NCBI GenBank assembly: GCA_043803815.1
Contig: JAZDJR010000014.1
Coordinates: forward strand, 40,389-104,388
Length of the DNA stretch: 64,000 nucleotides
Direction of reading: 5' to 3'
Origin: Candidatus Micrarchaeota archaeon
GTDB taxonomy: Archaea; Iainarchaeota; Iainarchaeia; Iainarchaeales; JAGVWC01
The notes below the pieces were generated by a model. The model ran no database searches. It saw only the letters and a program-made list of their open reading frames with translations, and was not told where the DNA came from. Positions 1-8,739 of the stretch are shown here, piece after piece. Numbering within the stretch: position 1 is the first letter of the stretch; each line of letters opens with the position of its first letter. A program made the position numbers and the translations under genes.

Positions 1-242
1 AACAGGATGAATTTTTCTTTTTTGGATACCTTAAATAGCAGGACAAAATTGCGTGCGATGTGCACCCGCTTGTATTCGCTTAAATCGTGCTTGAGATTCT
101 TGTAATGGTCAATGGTGGCATCGTCGCTGGCGATTATCTGCCGGATTTTCTTGTTAATCGCATCCGCCATCGCGGGGTCCCGCTTGGCCAAAAGGCGAAC
201 GGCATCCTTTAATTCGTCGGACAAATCAAAAGAAAACGGCAT
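1..242 (-). CDS. RelE/YafQ-like type II toxin (3' end beyond window edge)
   Basis: Not in the ORF track. Manual translation from ATG at 242: MPFSFDLSDELKDAVRLLAKRDP...IDHYKNLKHDLSEYKRVHIARNFVLLFKV. Begins 1 nt after the stop of the upstream small gene. Confidence 0.8.
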   Translation of the reverse strand, partial: MPFSFDLSDELKDAVRLLAKRDPAMADAINKKIRQIIASDDATIDHYKNLKHDLSEYKRVHIARNFVLLFKVSKKEKFIL

Positions 243-243
243 C

Positions 244-507
244 TTATTGCCCCGCAGTCAACCGGTCCAGCTCGTCCAAAGTCATTTTCCGAAAGCCGTA
301 TTTTTTGATGTGCCGCGCGCAGGAAGCGATGACTTCTTTAACGACTTCTTCCTTGACTTCGCGCTCCACAAACTCGTCGCCGCACAGCTCGGCAAACTTG
401 TCGAGAGCCTTTCCCTTGTCCTTTAAGCCGTACTTTTCCTTGACCACCCCGACCACGCGGTTGGTATACTCGCTTACCGTCACGTTCATCGTCACCGTCT
501 TACCCAT
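244..507 (-). CDS. Putative antitoxin (DUF2683-like, ribbon-helix-helix N-terminus)
   Basis: 87 aa, MNVTVSEYTNRVVGVVKEKYGLKDK; directly upstream of the RelE-like gene. Confidence 0.7.
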   Translation of the reverse strand: MGKTVTMNVTVSEYTNRVVGVVKEKYGLKDKGKALDKFAELCGDEFVEREVKEEVVKEVIASCARHIKKYGFRKMTLDELDRLTAGQ

Positions 508-606
508 ATTAGTTCACCTAATATAAACTTAGTCCGACTAATTTAAAAATATTCGGTCGGTTAACACCAAAAAGCTTCAAAAACCGGAAAAACGACAAAA
601 TGGGTG

Positions 607-1212
607 TTAACTAACTCCCAGTTTTTGCAGGTCATTAACCAATTGTTCGTTGTTCTTGAACAAAATCGTCTGGAACCCCATTTCTTTTGCGGGCTTCAGA
701 TGCCGTTCTCGGTCATCCACAAAAACGCATTCGTTGGCCAAAAGCTTCATTTTTTTCAAGACGAGTTCGAATATTTTCGGGTCGGGTTTGGCAAGCCCCA
801 CTTCGCAAGACAACAAACATGGGTCAAACGGTTCGAACAGTCCCCTTTCTTTGGTAATCTCGGCATGAAAGTCGTTCAGGTTGCTTAACAACGCCACTTT
901 GTATTTTTTCTTCAGTTTTTTGGCAATTTCCAATAGTCCCTCATTAACCGGCATTACTTCCAAATACGCGGCTTTCCAAATCGATTGCAATTGTTCAATG
1001 CTTTGATGCAAGCCGGCTTTTTTCTTTAACAGTTCTAAAAATTCCTTGTGCGACATTTTTCCGGTCAATGCCTTTTTTTCATACTCGTCCTGGCCCAAGC
1101 CCTCCAGTATGCTTTTGTCGATTCCGAGTTTTTCACTCACGCGCTGTATAATCAGTTCAAACTTTCCGACCAAGACAACGCCACCCATGTCAAAAACGAC
1201 CGCCTTAATCAT
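607..1212 (-). CDS. HAD-family phosphatase (HAD-IA/YihX-like)
   Basis: MIKAVVFDMGGV motif I, LLSN, KPDPKIF, FVDD motif IV. Confidence 0.9.
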   Translation of the reverse strand: MIKAVVFDMGGVVLVGKFELIIQRVSEKLGIDKSILEGLGQDEYEKKALTGKMSHKEFLELLKKKAGLHQSIEQLQSIWKAAYLEVMPVNEGLLEIAKKLKKKYKVALLSNLNDFHAEITKERGLFEPFDPCLLSCEVGLAKPDPKIFELVLKKMKLLANECVFVDDRERHLKPAKEMGFQTILFKNNEQLVNDLQKLGVS

Positions 1213-1327
1213 AACCAACACTATCTGCAATCAGGGATTAAAACCATTCGCCAAAGCTGACCAATAAACCCAAATTCAGCGCCGCAGGCCGACGAGACGG
1301 ACGGTTAAAAATTTTAAAAATTAGTAT

Positions 1328-1568
1328 TCCCCTCTCCAGGATTTGCACCAGGGACCTTCCGGTCGCCGCACGTCCCAAAGGGACATTAGGCCATCCGCTT
1401 TTGGCGGATATTATTCCTCGGGTTTCCCGTTTTTGGCTTTCGCCAAAAAGGGCCCTTTCAAGCTTTCGCTTGAAACGGGTTTCTTTGAACCCGAGGCGCG
1501 TTTCTTTTCTTTCGAAAAGAAAGCCGTTCTTCTACAGCCGGACGCTCTACTAGCTGAGCTAAGAGGGG
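1328..1568 (-). tRNA. tRNA-Tyr(GTA) with 168-nt intron (1364-1531) at position 37/38
   Basis: Acceptor stem CCCCTCT/AGAGGGG, discriminator A. Anticodon arm TCCGG-CT-GTA-G|A-CCGGA. BHB-like junction: CTGT pairs with GCGG, with 3-nt bulges. Confidence 0.9.
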
Positions 1569-1569
1569 T

Positions 1570-2502
1570 CTATGAATTATGCCTTGGGACGGTTTTTAAA
1601 TGCTTTTTGGGGGTGAAAACGCGTTCAAAGAGCCAGGGCCAGGCCGCGGAAACCCAAAGGCCCGCACAGAAAAAAACGAGAAATTGTTCCATCGAAGAAG
1701 GAAGTTTTAAGGCGGCAAAAACCAGTATTGCGGTGATAATTAATCCCACAACGGTTTTTTTGGCTTGGTTTTTCCGGTTTTGGGCGGATTGCACAAACCC
1801 CGCTTTTTGAACCCAAAAAAATCCCCCGTAAAATCCCAAGACAACGGCCGTGAGTAATGGCGGGTTAATCCAAACCAAAAGAACTATCGCCAAAACCAAG
1901 GTCAGCAAAAACCCGAGCTCGTCGTCGAGTTTGGATAGCTTGATTCCTTTTTTTTCCAGGCGCAGGTGCGTTTGCCAAGCCGCCCAGCCCACCAATAATC
2001 CGACAACGGTTCCCGCAACTACGTCGGAAAAAAAATGCGCGCCCAAAACAAGGCGCGACAAATCAACCAGTATAATCAAAAGAATTCCCAAAACCAGCCA
2101 GTGATTTTTTTTCAGTTTTTTGATTTGCGAAACCGGCTTTAAAAAAAACAAGGTCATGGAACCGATGATTCCCGCGTGGCCGCTTGGAAAACTATACGGA
2201 CTTTCCCCAAGCCCAGAAACCAGACTGTTTTCAGGGGCAACGAAAAACTGTAGGGCCGTCGGCCGCGGGCGCATGAAAGCGGCTTTGAGCGCACCGATGA
2301 CAACCGAAGTGAACACAATGAGGTTAACCATCCAAAACGATTCTTTTTCACGCGAGTTCCAGTACAAAATGCACGCGATGGCAAACCAGAAACCGGGGTG
2401 GCCAAGATACGTTATCCAGTGGAAAGCGGGTTCCAAAAAGCCGAGGCTGCCTTGGACCGAGGTTAAGACCGCGTTGTCAAAGGACTGAATTAGTTCGAAC
2501 AT
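1570..2502 (-). CDS. PAP2-family membrane phosphatase
   Basis: KAAFMRPRP, SFPSGH and SRLVLGAHFFSD motifs; multiple transmembrane segments. Confidence 0.92.
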   Translation of the reverse strand: MFELIQSFDNAVLTSVQGSLGFLEPAFHWITYLGHPGFWFAIACILYWNSREKESFWMVNLIVFTSVVIGALKAAFMRPRPTALQFFVAPENSLVSGLGESPYSFPSGHAGIIGSMTLFFLKPVSQIKKLKKNHWLVLGILLIILVDLSRLVLGAHFFSDVVAGTVVGLLVGWAAWQTHLRLEKKGIKLSKLDDELGFLLTLVLAIVLLVWINPPLLTAVVLGFYGGFFWVQKAGFVQSAQNRKNQAKKTVVGLIITAILVFAALKLPSSMEQFLVFFCAGLWVSAAWPWLFERVFTPKKHLKTVPRHNS

Positions 2503-2551
2503 AACCTATACAAAGAGCGGTTATACCAATATAAATTATTCTCGAAAACGT

Positions 2552-2782
2552 TCAGATTTTTCTTCGCAGTTTTTCGTATTCTTCTCTCGTGATTTTGGTT
2601 TGTTTCAGTATTTCGTTCAAAAGCCAGATGTTCAGGTCTTCGTTTCCATGCACCGGAATAACGGTTTTTCTTCCGTCGGGATGGATATAACGGACGTGGC
2701 TTCCGACTTGGTGGATTCTTTGAAAACCCATTTTTTCCAGGAGTTTGCACAGTTCCTTGCCAGAAATCGGAATTAATTTTGG
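2552..2782 (-). pseudogene. hicA: HicA-family toxin lacking a canonical start codon
   Basis: Manual translation PKLIPISGKELCKLLEKMGFQRIHQVGSHVRYIHPDGRKTVIPVHGNEDL...LKQ. Preceded by TAA CGG TGT AAA CGG, with no ATG/GTG/TTG. No hicB adjacent. Confidence 0.75.
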
Positions 2783-2830
2783 CCGTTTACACCGTTATTT
2801 GAACTTTTTATTTGTTTCTTTCAAACGTTT

Positions 2831-3280
2831 TCACGCTTTTTTCGCGCTTTTCATGACGCGTTTCATGCCGGGAATCTTGATTTCCGAATAATCCACGACA
2901 ACCCCGCAGGCTTTTAGGAGTTTTCTTGAGGCGTAGGCGCGCAAAAAATCCGCGACTTCTTTTTGCTCGCCTTTTTGCAAGGAGGGAATGGCGGAAATTT
3001 CGTTGATGACCTGGGAAACTTTTCGCGTATTAAGCTCTTTTAAAACGCCTGCGATTTCGTCTTCGGTTTTGCCGGCCTGAACTTGGTCCAAAACCGCGTC
3101 GAGTTTTTTGATGTCCGTTATTTTGCCGAGGTTTTCCGCGATTTTTCGGTCCACGCTAAACGTCATGGAAGCCAAAAATTCGGCTATGGTGCGCGGGTCG
3201 GTTGCGGGTTCTATTTTGAGTTTTTTAATCGCGGCCCAATCGTCATAATTGGCCACAAATTGGATGTATTGTTCGCTCAT
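2831..3280 (-). CDS. Conserved archaeal protein (DUF2666-like)
   Basis: MSEQYIQFVANYDDWAAIKKLKIE...IAEFLAS. The ORF-track extension upstream runs antisense into tRNA-Thr, so the start is placed at 3280. Confidence 0.6.
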   Translation of the reverse strand: MSEQYIQFVANYDDWAAIKKLKIEPATDPRTIAEFLASMTFSVDRKIAENLGKITDIKKLDAVLDQVQAGKTEDEIAGVLKELNTRKVSQVINEISAIPSLQKGEQKEVADFLRAYASRKLLKACGVVVDYSEIKIPGMKRVMKSAKKA

Positions 3281-3365
3281 GGTTTCACCCGCTCTAATGC
3301 CAAAACTTGAATTATTTGAGTAATTGAAAGGTTTTAAATGAATCTGTGGGGAATTCTTTATCATT

Positions 3366-3439
3366 GCCGGTGAAGCATATCCTGGTTTTGCAGCGGTTTT
3401 GTAAACCGCAGGCTGAGGGTTCAAATCCCTCCACCGGCT
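3366..3439 (+). tRNA. tRNA-Thr(TGT)
   Basis: GCCGGTG/CACCGGC acceptor, GCGGT-TT-TGT-AA-ACCGC anticodon arm, GAGGG-TTCAAAT-CCCTC T-arm; TTTAAA about 28 nt upstream. Confidence 0.92.
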
Positions 3440-3609
3440 ATTTGTTCAATTTTATCCAAGTGCCCGAACCGGTTTCTTTTTTTGCCGTGTCAAAAAAAAG
3501 TTTCAGGGTATCCAAATTATAAAATCCGATTCGAGAATCATGCATGGGAAAAATAGCTCTTAAGCGAATAAGCCGTTTTGCCAGCCCGTCATTTCCGGTG
3601 AAACCGGAT

Positions 3610-4323
3610 TTATTGGTCCGGCAGGCTTTCGAGGATATAACGCCAGGCCAGCAGTTTGTGGGCTTCAACAAGCTTAAAGTCCTCTAGGGTTTCGGTTTCA
3701 AACCGCGTTTTTTTGAAATCAATGTATTCCCTCAGCATTTGGGCGTCGCCGTCGCGGACCTGCTGTTCACTCAGGCCGGTTTCGTTTGCAATGACCGTGA
3801 CGTTTTCAGGAGAAACAAAATTCTTGATTTGAATATTGGGAAGTTCCTGCTCCGCGAGCGCGATGGTTTCGTCAGGGGTCACGTTTTCGTCGGACAACAA
3901 GGAAACGAGTTCGTCCTGGATTATGCCAAGATGCGCGACGAGTGCGAATACCGCGGTTTCCTTTTGCAAAGCGTTCATTACGTCTATGTTGTTTTCGCTT
4001 TTTTGGAGCGTCTCATACAACGGCGTTTCTTTTTGCATTATCCAAAGCACTTCTTCCTCGTTGGAAACCGCAAGCGCGTATAATCTTGCGTATTCGGCCT
4101 CGTGGTCCAGCGGCGGCGCGGTTTGCTGCATGGTTGCCACCAAATCGGCGGTTTGTGCGTTCATGTCCGCCAGTCCTGCGTGAACATTGTCTGAAAAAGT
4201 TTTGGCCATTGTTGCTCCGATTCCGCTGTTTTTTTGTGTCGCTAAAAATAACGCGATTCCGGCCAATACGATAATTGCAACGGCAAGTCCAGCGATTATC
4301 CACTGGTCTTTGGAAAGTTTCAT
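3610..4323 (-). CDS. Hypothetical membrane-anchored protein
   Basis: 237 aa; single N-terminal TM helix followed by an acidic helical domain. Confidence 0.7.
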   Translation of the reverse strand: MKLSKDQWIIAGLAVAIIVLAGIALFLATQKNSGIGATMAKTFSDNVHAGLADMNAQTADLVATMQQTAPPLDHEAEYARLYALAVSNEEEVLWIMQKETPLYETLQKSENNIDVMNALQKETAVFALVAHLGIIQDELVSLLSDENVTPDETIALAEQELPNIQIKNFVSPENVTVIANETGLSEQQVRDGDAQMLREYIDFKKTRFETETLEDFKLVEAHKLLAWRYILESLPDQ

Positions 4324-4373
4324 GGCAGAGTAAGGACGAAAAAGTATTTTAGGGAGTCGGTTGAAAGTTAATC

Positions 4374-5243
4374 ATGGCTTTTGAAATCGGGATACTCGCG
4401 GCGTTTGGCGCAATGATTTGCTGGGGACTGGGGGATTTTTTCATCCAGCGTTCCACAAGAAAAATCGGTGACGTGCAGTCTTTAGCCTGGATTGGGTTAA
4501 TCGGCGCGGTCCTCTTATTGCCGTTTGTAATCGGTGATTTGCAGTTATTGGTCGTTAAGCAAAACCTGTGGTTTTTGGCGGCTTTGGGTGCACTGGGTTT
4601 TGCAATTTCCTTGGTCACTTTTGAAGGATTCAAGCAGGGAAAACTTTCGGTAGTCGACGTCATTTTGGAAATCGAATTGCCGATTACGATTGCGTTTGGA
4701 ATCGTTTTTCTGTCCGAAACCGTTTCGCTAATCCAACTGGCCATCATTTCCTTTGTTTTTGTTGGAATCGTATTGGTCGCCCTGCCGGTTTTTTCGCTTA
4801 AAGAATCGTTTCAAAAACTCGAAAAAGGCGCGCTGCTGGCCATTGTTGCTGCTTTGGGAATGGGTGCCATCAATTTTTTGACCGGGGTCGGCGCCAAAAC
4901 CGTTTCGCCTTTTTTGGTGATTTGGGTTCCCTGGGTCATCATGGCGGTCATTTCGCTGTTCATTGTCTGGCGACGCGAAGGCTTCCAAAACTTTTTCAAA
5001 AACGCGGCCCAAAACAAAAAACTGATTGCCTGCGAAAGCGTTTTGGACACCGCCGCGTGGATGCTGTTTGCCATTGCGTTAGTCCGCCATCCGGTTTCGA
5101 TTACAACCGCAATCACCGAAAGCTATCCTGCATTGGCGGTGCTTTTAGGGGTTTGGTTTAACCGCGAAAAAGTGCAACGCCACCAATTGGCGGGAGCGGG
5201 AATGGCGATTGTTGCCAGCATCTGCCTTGGGTTTTTGGTTTAG
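4374..5243 (+). CDS. DMT/EamA-family transporter
   Basis: 289 aa, about 10 TM segments in two repeats; WGLGDFF, FLSE and FNREK motifs. Confidence 0.9.
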   Translation: MAFEIGILAAFGAMICWGLGDFFIQRSTRKIGDVQSLAWIGLIGAVLLLPFVIGDLQLLVVKQNLWFLAALGALGFAISLVTFEGFKQGKLSVVDVILEIELPITIAFGIVFLSETVSLIQLAIISFVFVGIVLVALPVFSLKESFQKLEKGALLAIVAALGMGAINFLTGVGAKTVSPFLVIWVPWVIMAVISLFIVWRREGFQNFFKNAAQNKKLIACESVLDTAAWMLFAIALVRHPVSITTAITESYPALAVLLGVWFNREKVQRHQLAGAGMAIVASICLGFLV

Positions 5244-5284
5244 CCCGATTGGTACACCCTTTCGGGTGCAGGCGTGCACTCCGC

Positions 5285-5317
5285 ATATGTGTCCCAGCTG
5301 CGCTGGGACGGTAATAT
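5285..5317. repeat. 33-nt hairpin element, copy 1 (tRNA-Glu 3' trailer)
   Basis: atatgtgtcccagctgcgctgggacggtaatat; 27/33 identical to 12003-12035, all differences compensatory. Confidence 0.75.
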
Positions 5318-5322
5318 TTTTT

Positions 5323-5502
5323 TGCCCTTGCCGGGAGTTGAACCCGGGTCTCAACCGCACTCCCTGTTGATAATTTTTTCCAAGGTTTTTTGCGATCCGA
5401 TTTTGCCAAAAAGGCAAAATGAGCCCATTCGAGCTTGCTCGAATCGGGCAGCAAAAAAGTTGTTTGAGAGGGTTGTATCCTTGGCCGCTAGATGACAAGG
5501 GC
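5323..5502 (-). tRNA. tRNA-Glu(CTC) with 107-nt intron (5358-5464)
   Basis: GCCCTTG/CAAGGGC acceptor; CAACC-CT-CTC-A|C-GGTTG anticodon arm; CTCT/GGAG helix with 3-nt bulges; CCGGG-TTCAACT-CCCGG T-arm. Confidence 0.9.
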
Positions 5503-5540
5503 GATTACGAATTAGGCCTCAAATGCTTTTTTATGGGTTT

Positions 5541-6062
5541 TCATTTGGCCAGTTTGAACTCGGCTACGGTTTTCCAAACCATGTGTTGAGGCGTGTTTTT
5601 AAGCAAGGCCAATTTGTCAAAAACTCCCCCTTCCGGCATTTGGCTTTGGGCGGCTTGAATCATCGGCTGTTTGGACGCAAGGTCAAAGTCGCCGTAAATC
5701 ATCGTAAAATGCGGCATGAATCCGCGCTTGTCCGACCGGCCAAAGACGGCTTCGCTTTTGGCTCTGCAATCAAACAGTTCTTTCGAATCTTTTACCCTGA
5801 TAAAAACGCATCGCACAAAATCATCCATGTGCTCGACCTTGGAAAAAACAGCGGCAATTGGCTTGGTTTGATTGGCAAGCCGCTTTGTTTTTTCAACCAG
5901 TTCTTTTTCGCGGTTTTCATCCTGCGGAATCTGGACAAGAAGCGAAACATGCGGTTCGAAAAAAGGAGCGTTGTATTTTCGGCTTAATCTGTCGATAATT
6001 TTTTTGAGTGGTGCGCGCGTTTTTTTGTCCGGCAAAAGCCAAACGTGATATTCGTTTTGCAT
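5541..6062 (-). CDS. 2H phosphoesterase (cyclic phosphodiesterase / 2'-5' RNA ligase-like)
   Basis: Two HxS/T motifs: FEPHVSL and FMPHFTM. Confidence 0.85.
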   Translation of the reverse strand: MQNEYHVWLLPDKKTRAPLKKIIDRLSRKYNAPFFEPHVSLLVQIPQDENREKELVEKTKRLANQTKPIAAVFSKVEHMDDFVRCVFIRVKDSKELFDCRAKSEAVFGRSDKRGFMPHFTMIYGDFDLASKQPMIQAAQSQMPEGGVFDKLALLKNTPQHMVWKTVAEFKLAK

Positions 6063-6079
6063 AAGCCAAACCGGATTAG

Positions 6080-6493
6080 TTATTGGCCGGGAACTGCGCC
6101 GGCGGTTGCCGCGGGCGGCAGGCGAAACTCGATTGTGATGTCCTGGTTCAAGGTCAAGGAATCGATTCCTTGGGTGAATTCTTCGCCGTTTACAAACGTT
6201 CCCATCTGGCGGTCGGATGTGGAGTGCAATTCGTTGACGCCGGTGACTTTTTTTCCATTGGCTTGCAAACTGATTTGCAATTGGGCCATTTGGCTTAACG
6301 CCGAAAACGCATTGGTTCCTTTCGGAAATTCCTGGAACTTGTCAACGACAATCAGGTTGCGGTCCAAAGCGCGCAGGTGAACCTCGGCCGTGGTTTTGGC
6401 TTCGGGAGTGGAAGAACCGTTATTGGAAGAAGTGCATCCGGCAAGGACAATCGAAACGGCAATCAAAAGCAAGGCCGCGCTTTTCCAGTTCAT
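6080..6493 (-). CDS. Putative lipoprotein with DUF4430/transcobalamin-like domain
   Basis: Lipobox VLAGC; GTNAFSAL...VTGVN...FVNGE...ITIEF pattern. Confidence 0.6.
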   Translation of the reverse strand: MNWKSAALLLIAVSIVLAGCTSSNNGSSTPEAKTTAEVHLRALDRNLIVVDKFQEFPKGTNAFSALSQMAQLQISLQANGKKVTGVNELHSTSDRQMGTFVNGEEFTQGIDSLTLNQDITIEFRLPPAATAGAVPGQ

Positions 6494-6531
6494 AGGCACT
6501 AATAGGAAAAAGCGGTATAAAAAACCCACCC

Positions 6532-6915
6532 AAGTTATGTAGCAAACTAACCAACGTTTTTGGGTTTTCGTATGGAAAAAAAACTGATAAACCGATTGAC
6601 TTTGTCCAAAAATTTTCGGATAATCTGCAACTGCAATTTATCGCTGGCTTATGGGATACCGACGGCGGAAAGTCGGGAAAAACATACGCTTTTTGCAATT
6701 CATCCAAAAAAATGGTTTTATATGTAAAAGATTTTATGGAAAAAAACCAAATCAGCACCCGATTTTACGAACAGTATAAAGGGCCATTCACTTGGTATTT
6801 GCTCTTTGTTCAAATTCGGGACAAAGAAAAATTTCTTAATTTATTCCCGCTAAAAAACACGAGGAAGTATGGTGTGCCGGTGGGGAGATTTGAACTCCCG
6901 ACCCCTACATTATGA
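6532..6915 (+). pseudogene. N-terminally truncated LAGLIDADG endonuclease overlapping the tRNA-Met 3' half antisense
   Basis: Open frame ...FGFSYGKKTDK...QFIAGLWDTDGG...CNSSKKM... with no start codon before the motif; stop at 6913-6915 is antisense to the anticodon loop. Confidence 0.8.
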
Positions 6916-6946
6916 GTGTAGTGCTCCACCGCTGAGCTACACCGGC
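6875..6946 (-). tRNA. tRNA-Met(CAT), elongator type
   Basis: GCCGGTG/CACCGGC acceptor, CTACA-CT-CAT-AA-TGTAG anticodon arm, GGGAG-TTCAAAT-CTCCC T-arm; lacks initiator features. Confidence 0.92.
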
Positions 6947-6995
6947 AAAAGAATCCGTTACTCAATTTTCGGCGAAAGCATTTTTAAGGGTTTAT

Positions 6996-7655
6996 TCAGC
7001 GCATCCGGCTTTTGACTTCGATTCCGGGGTTGTATAAAATCAGCCGGTCCGCGTATCCGATGAATAATCCGGTTTCGATGACTCCGGGAATTTCCTTGGC
7101 CGAAAAATTGATGTCTTCGGGAGAATAAACCTCGTCGATTTTGATGACGGCAAGATAATTTCCGCTTTCGGTCAAAAACGGCCGCTGGCTGACGGTTTTT
7201 AGGCCGCAAGGTCCCAGCTTTTCAAGCGCAAGCAGGGTGCGTTTGTATCCGAACGGCGTGATTTCAACCGCCATGGAACCGTTCAGTTTTTTCACGAAAT
7301 TTTTTTTCTCGCACACCACCACCAGTTCGTCCGCGCTTTGGCAAATCATCTTGTCGCGCACCAAGGAATGCGAATCGGTTTTCAAAAAATTGTACTGCTC
7401 GTCTATCTGGTCGGCAAATTCGATGGCTAAATCGATTTCGCTTTCGTCAATCGACACAACCGGAAGATGCAGTTCGGTCGCGATTTCCGCCAGATGCATG
7501 GAAGTCGGAACAAAAAAAATCGACAAATCCTGCTGTTCCAGCCTCCAAACCAATTGGCGCAAAAACTGCTCTCCCAGGTGGCTGGTTCCGATGGAAACCA
7601 CGGAACCGTTTTTGACATACTTGGCAATCAGGCCTTCAATCGTGGACTCGTCCAT
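6996..7655 (-). CDS. rpiA: Ribose-5-phosphate isomerase A-like protein with divergent active site
   Basis: Overall pattern VPTS...D...AD.ID...K...VEITPFG...TESGNY...IPGVIETGLF. Canonical DGADE and KGGG are replaced by EFADQ and KTDS. Confidence 0.8.
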   Translation of the reverse strand: MDESTIEGLIAKYVKNGSVVSIGTSHLGEQFLRQLVWRLEQQDLSIFFVPTSMHLAEIATELHLPVVSIDESEIDLAIEFADQIDEQYNFLKTDSHSLVRDKMICQSADELVVVCEKKNFVKKLNGSMAVEITPFGYKRTLLALEKLGPCGLKTVSQRPFLTESGNYLAVIKIDEVYSPEDINFSAKEIPGVIETGLFIGYADRLILYNPGIEVKSRMR

Positions 7656-7727
7656 AGCCAAAATAAGGATTATTGGACTATAAAAGAAATTCGATTAAAA
7701 AATGGAAATTGGGCTGAAAACGGGAAA

Positions 7728-8564
7728 TTACTTTTTTTTGCCCGTTTTTCCCTGGTGGCGAATAAACGCGTTAACCGCATCCATGATTTCAATCGGAACC
7801 GCAATTACGACCGTATTGGAAGCTGTTGGCCCCAGGCCGTCGATGGTCTGCAGGGTTCGCAATTGCATGGCGCCGGGCATTTTGGCCATGATTTCGGCGG
7901 CCTTGGCCAGGTTGTCGGCTGCCATGCGGTCCCCTTCGGCCTTGATAATCGTCGCGCGTTTTTCGCGTTCGCTTGACGCTTGTCGGCTCATCAATCGCTT
8001 TAAGTCTTCGGGCATGTCGATGTCCTGCATTTTGATGCTTGTGACCTCGATTCCCCAGGCAATGCTTTCTTTTTCGACAATCGTTTCAATCTGCTTTCCG
8101 ATTTGTTCGCGCTCCGCCAAGACTTCGTCCAGCATCTGTCCGCCGACGACATCGCGCAAAGCGGTTTGCGCGTACTGCGAAACCGCGTATTCGTAATCCT
8201 GCACGTTAATGATTGCTTTGGAAGCATCCACTACCTTGAAATACAATACCCCGTTAATCGTAACCGGAACATTGTCTTTGGTAATCGCCTGCTGGCGCGG
8301 AATATCAATCGTGGTTATCCGCATGTCGATAATCCGAACGCGCTCGATAAACGGAAAAATAAAATTCAAGCCCGCCTGCAACGTGCGGTCCATTCGGCCC
8401 AAAGAAAATATTACGCCGGTCTGGTATTGCTGGACAATGCGAATCGACAAAGCCAAAAGCAAAATAATATAAATCGGAAGAAAAATCCAAAGTCCCAAAG
8501 ATAAAAGCGCAACCGCAATCGCCGCCAAAATCAGGCCGATAACCAGTTTGGGGCCGTTGTTCAT
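7728..8564 (-). CDS. SPFH/stomatin (slipin) family membrane protein
   Basis: ITKDNVPVTINGVLYFKVVD, AQTALRDVVG, REKRA.II.AEG and AMQLRTLQT motifs. Confidence 0.93.
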   Translation of the reverse strand: MNNGPKLVIGLILAAIAVALLSLGLWIFLPIYIILLLALSIRIVQQYQTGVIFSLGRMDRTLQAGLNFIFPFIERVRIIDMRITTIDIPRQQAITKDNVPVTINGVLYFKVVDASKAIINVQDYEYAVSQYAQTALRDVVGGQMLDEVLAEREQIGKQIETIVEKESIAWGIEVTSIKMQDIDMPEDLKRLMSRQASSEREKRATIIKAEGDRMAADNLAKAAEIMAKMPGAMQLRTLQTIDGLGPTASNTVVIAVPIEIMDAVNAFIRHQGKTGKKK

Positions 8565-8739
8565 ATGGTATTCTTCCAGCAGAGAATTTAAAAAACCAAA
8601 TCCAAAAACGGGTCTAAGTATCCAAAAACGCAGGCCACGCGGCGGGGTGGGTGCGAACAGTTAAAACCGGTTTTCAGCGGAAACGAGGTGCGTGCAAAAT
8701 GACTTATTCCAAAATACGGCTATTTTATTGCTGATTGAA

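Noticed and set aside
1343-1810. 155-aa plus-strand ORF as a tRNA-overlapping gene
   Set aside because: Antisense to tRNA-Tyr and the PAP2 gene, with no endonuclease motif, unlike the two LAGLIDADG cases.
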